DNA of 25,718 bases from a virus (lineage: Duplodnaviria; Caudoviricetes). The DNA lies in the IMG/VR virus record IMGVR_UViG_3300037470_001143, positions 1-25,718 of that record; one strand, written 5' to 3'. The notes under the pieces are model-generated. The model saw nothing but the letters and a program-made list of their open reading frames with translations, searched no databases and was not told the DNA's origin. Position 1 is the stretch's first letter; every line of letters starts with the position of its first letter. Of this stretch, positions 22,824 through 25,718 are shown piece after piece. Position numbers and translations under genes: made by a program.

Positions 22824-25189
22824 CGTCGCGCCCCCTGTAGCTCGGACAGCCTGATCCTCGGGCGCGGCGCGGGCCGGGCGTCTGTGCCGAACAGGATCGC
22901 GCCCTGGATGGACGCGGCGACGGCGCAGCCGACGAGGCAGTCGAGCCAGTGGTTGTCGAGGCCGGCGACGCGGAGCTTCCACTCGTCGACGGTGCGGCCG
23001 CGGCCTTCGGTCTTGACGCGGTACTCGCTGGTCAGGTGGTCGGCGAGGAGGCGATGCTGATCGGCGGGCGAGACGCCTGGCCTATCCGCGCGGCCGAAAA
23101 GCGACAGGCAGCCGGGGTCGCCCAACGGGACTCCCAGCCGGGCGTGGACGAATGACTTCCAATAGTTCGTGTCGAAGACCGCGTGCCTCACCGAGCGCTT
23201 GCCGGTCACGACGGGGATGCGCCAATTCAGGCCGACGCGGTCGCCACGCTTGCGGCGGTATTCCGAAAATGGGATTGACGACGCCCCGACGTAGCGGCCG
23301 TGGCTCGGCATCACGACACTGGCGAACTTCGATTGCCGACAGAACTGATACACGACGTCCGACGAGCTGCCCCAGTTGGCGTCAATCAGGCAGCGGTCGA
23401 TCCGCGCCACCGCCTCCTGCCTGTGCGTTGCACGCAGACAGGTCGGGCTCCCTCCTCGGTCGCCCTCAGCATCGCGCCGCCATTCGCGGCCCAGCGTCGC
23501 ATCGGTCAGTCGTTCGAGGCCGGCGTAGATCGCGCCCTCCAGGCCCGCGCGTGGCGCTGCGCTGGCCAGCGTGCGGCGAATGTCGCGCAACGTGAAGTAC
23601 GACTGCCGGCCGGAGGCCGACGCTCCCCACTGGTCCGGCTCGGTGCCGTAGTCGATGACGTAGCCGGTGAAGTCGTCCTCCCATGCGGCCACGAGCCAGA
23701 ACAGCGCCTTGCCCTGTACGTCGATAAACATCGTCAGCGCCGTCGCCCCGAGCGGCACTTCGCCGCGTTTCATGCCGTTGACCTTCGCGGCGATCTGGTC
23801 AGCGGTAAGCAGCTCGTCATCGGCGTGTTCTTCGGGGAGCGGCTCGTTCTGGTACTCGGCCCAGAATGCCGCCTCGCCGCGATCCAGTTTCAGGTTCACC
23901 GCGTGCTGGATGGCCGACAATTCGTCGGGATGGTGCCGTTGCGGCCAGGCGACGTTTGCGCCTTCATCCATCGCCTCGCGGTTCTGTCGATAATGTTCCG
24001 TTGCGTCGGCGATGCCGCGATCGGCCCGCATGCCCTCGCGCCACAGCTCCGCGTAGCGGGCCCACAACGACTCGTTCGTCGGCCACGCATAGACCATCTT
24101 CGTGCGTTCGCCCTGCCATTGCGGGTGCTTGTCGCGGTCTAGGATGCGGTCGGCCAGGTCGTCGGGGCGCACGACGGTCAGCGTCATCAAGCCGGCGATC
24201 TTGCGCCCGGGCCCGGCCAGGCCGAGGATGGCGCCGGCCAGGATGCGTTCGCGCGTGACGCACTGCGACGGCGATCGCGCCGACTCGTCGGTCTGCGGAT
24301 CGTCAATCAGGACCAGCGACGGGCGAATGCTGCTTCCGTCGACGCGCTTGTGCTTCATGCCGCGGATGCGCCCGGTGATGCCGGCGACCCGGATGATCGC
24401 GCCGCTGGCCCTGCTGTCCGGCATCGTGGGCAGCACGATTTCCCGCGCCGTCCAGCCGATGTGCGTCTGCTTGCCCTGGTAGAGCTGCCCGCCGGCGCGC
24501 TGGTGGATGCCTTCCAGCGCACGAATCGGAAACACCACCTCGGGGAAGTCCTCCAGCAGCAGCTCGTTGTTCTCCAACTCGGCCTTGATCGACTCCAGCA
24601 TGTTGGCGGCGTGCTCTTCGTCCGAGCCGATCAGGGCGACGAACTCGCGGTGCCCGTACAGCAGCGCCCAGAGGCAGGCGGTTTCGCACAGCGACGTCTT
24701 GCCGCTGCCGCGCGGCATGGCCATCGCAAAGAGCCCGCCCTCCAGCACCGCCTGCTCGATCTTGGCGACGACTTTCAGATGGTCCGGCGACCACGGCAGG
24801 TGGAAGACCTGGGGGAAATACTGCTCGCAGAAGTAGCGAAAGTCGCCCGCGGCCCTGGTCTTCCGCTCCGCATTCACGACCGCCGGCATCTTGCCGATGT
24901 CGCGGCCCGACAGTGACAGCTCGATGTTGCGCTGCCGGGCCCGCTCTTTGTGGGCGTCGTAGCCGGCCAGGCCTTCGGGTTCCGGCCTGGGCTTGTGGCG
25001 CTCGGCGACCAGCCAGGCGACGTAGCGCAGCAGATCGATACAGCGCGGATCAGAAGTCGCCGTGATGCGCAGCCCGGCGCGCGTGCGATGGCGGTGCAAC
25101 TGCCGCTCGCCGATGACTTCGCCCATCGGCGTGCTGTTCAGCAGCTGCACGAGCTCCGTCGGTCGCAATCGGCGCGGGTCAATCGTCAC
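22820..25189 (-). CDS. Terminase large subunit (GpA-type) with N-terminal HTH-like extension
   Basis: Walker A MPRGSGKT, Walker B LVLIDD, EYQNEP, nuclease acidic motifs FIDVQ / LIDANWG / DNHWLDC; upstream of the portal. Confidence 0.93.
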   Translation of the reverse strand: MTIDPRRLRPTELVQLLNSTPMGEVIGERQLHRHRTRAGLRITATSDPRCIDLLRYVAWLVAERHKPRPEPEGLAGYDAHKERARQRNIELSLSGRDIGKMPAVVNAERKTRAAGDFRYFCEQYFPQVFHLPWSPDHLKVVAKIEQAVLEGGLFAMAMPRGSGKTSLCETACLWALLYGHREFVALIGSDEEHAANMLESIKAELENNELLLEDFPEVVFPIRALEGIHQRAGGQLYQGKQTHIGWTAREIVLPTMPDSRASGAIIRVAGITGRIRGMKHKRVDGSSIRPSLVLIDDPQTDESARSPSQCVTRERILAGAILGLAGPGRKIAGLMTLTVVRPDDLADRILDRDKHPQWQGERTKMVYAWPTNESLWARYAELWREGMRADRGIADATEHYRQNREAMDEGANVAWPQRHHPDELSAIQHAVNLKLDRGEAAFWAEYQNEPLPEEHADDELLTADQIAAKVNGMKRGEVPLGATALTMFIDVQGKALFWLVAAWEDDFTGYVIDYGTEPDQWGASASGRQSYFTLRDIRRTLASAAPRAGLEGAIYAGLERLTDATLGREWRRDAEGDRGGSPTCLRATHRQEAVARIDRCLIDANWGSSSDVVYQFCRQSKFASVVMPSHGRYVGASSIPFSEYRRKRGDRVGLNWRIPVVTGKRSVRHAVFDTNYWKSFVHARLGVPLGDPGCLSLFGRADRPGVSPADQHRLLADHLTSEYRVKTEGRGRTVDEWKLRVAGLDNHWLDCLVGCAVAASIQGAILFGTDARPAPRPRIRLSELQGARR
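23064..23087. repeat. REP-like hairpin in frame in terminase (E2)
   Basis: gcgggcgagacgcctggcctatcc; encodes ADRPGVSPA. Confidence 0.55.
23416..23442. repeat. Family D hairpin, 27-bp copy D2 inside terminase
   Basis: Identical to 19298-19324 but read in another frame (TCLRATHRQ). Confidence 0.92.
23603..23628. repeat. REP-like hairpin in frame in terminase (E1)
   Basis: ctgccggccggaggccgacgctcccc; encodes WGASASGRQ. Confidence 0.55.
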
Positions 25190-25409
25190 GGCCGGACATC
25201 TCCTTGACCAACCAGGCGGCGTACCCGACCAGGTTGATGGTGCCGTCGGCGTTGGTCGGCGCGCCGGCGTCGATGTCGGCCTGGATCAACTCGGCCGTGA
25301 CGCGCGTTCCGCCCGCGGCGCTGAGCAAGCGGGCCGCGTCGGCCACGGGCAGCGCCGTCGGGTTCAGCGTGGGCCGGTCATTCTGGGTAAGGACTTCTCC
25401 TTGCATCAC
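25179..25409 (-). CDS. Small HTH-like protein, candidate terminase small subunit
   Basis: RBS ggagg; overlaps the terminase start. Ending INLVGYAAWLV resembles the terminase N-terminal IDLLRYVAWLV. Confidence 0.7.
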   Translation of the reverse strand: MMQGEVLTQNDRPTLNPTALPVADAARLLSAAGGTRVTAELIQADIDAGAPTNADGTINLVGYAAWLVKEMSGRDD

Positions 25410-25443
25410 GCCGCCTCCCGCTCAGGTAAGGACTGATCGCTAG

Positions 25444-25459
25444 TGTCATAGGTATGACA
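25444..25459. promoter_or_regulatory. Inverted repeat tgtcata-gg-tatgaca, candidate operator
   Basis: Perfect 7-bp arms with a 2-nt spacer in the divergent intergenic region. Confidence 0.45.
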
Positions 25460-25654
25460 TTGACCGGCTGTCCGCAGCCAATTCCGGCAAGCAGGCAAAG
25501 CGCGTGCCTGACGCGCGACGGTGGGGCGCGTTGCATGCAAAAAGAATCTTTCGAATCCGGCCGGAATTGCGGAGAGATTCGCTTGATTCCGTTCGCGACA
25601 GTCGCCCTCATGTGGCTGTACGCATGGCGCGTACCCGACGCAAACGGAGACGAC

Positions 25655-25718
25655 ATGAAGACCTACAAGACGTACACGATCAGCGCCGACGGCCGAATCA
25701 CCGTCCACGGCATCGAGG
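25655..25718 (+). CDS. 5' end of a divergent hypothetical gene (MKTYKTYTISADGRITVHGIE...)
   Basis: RBS acggag, ATG at 25655, open to the right edge; ttgatt (-35-like) near 25583. Confidence 0.6.
   Translation, partial: MKTYKTYTISADGRITVHGIE

Larger units (their letters stand above)
7285..25409 (-). mobile_element. Prophage or GTA-like siphovirus head-tail morphogenesis cluster
   Basis: Complete co-oriented terminase-portal-protease/capsid-neck-tube-chaperone-TMP-distal tail order with overlapping stop/start codons. Confidence 0.9.

Noticed and set aside
7710-25436. Long plus-strand ORFs (664, 637, 545, 678, 464 aa, etc.)
   Set aside because: Antisense to well-supported phage genes in GC-rich DNA; no motifs of their own.
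25406-25708. 100-aa minus-strand ORF
   Set aside because: Overlaps the divergent promoter region and the plus-strand gene start; no recognisable features.

Overview
The window has two parts. (1) About 7.3-25.4 kb is one minus-strand, tightly coupled lambdoid/siphovirus-type virion morphogenesis cluster: small HTH gene, GpA-type terminase, Zn-ribbon regulator, structured leader with a tRNA(CAT)-like gene, gpW-like protein, lambda-family portal, protease-major capsid fusion, DUF2190 cement, head closure, Gly-rich accessory genes, tail terminator, tail tube, G/GT-like chaperones, gp10-like protein, tape measure and three distal tail genes. I saw no integrase, replication or lysis genes in the window. 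(2) About 1-7.2 kb holds host-type secreted-protein genes: a PEP-CTERM protein, a truncated beta-helix protein and a >1600-aa signal-peptide Rhs/YD-repeat protein that runs off the left edge and is missing from the ORF track. The gene content suggests a Planctomycetota-like host (inference). The most striking observation is that the head/packaging genes and their spacers carry about 12 insertions from at least 5 unrelated short palindromic or tandem-repeat families (8-mer-arm hairpins, 7-mer arrays, a 27/21-bp hairpin, REP-like hairpins). Every insertion I found inside a gene leaves the frame open, which suggests a long-resident but selectively maintained (possibly domesticated, GTA-like) particle system. 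A ~170-nt multibranch RNA with an internal terminator, followed by an atypical tRNA, sits between terminase and portal. All family assignments come from motif recognition and gene order, not database searches.
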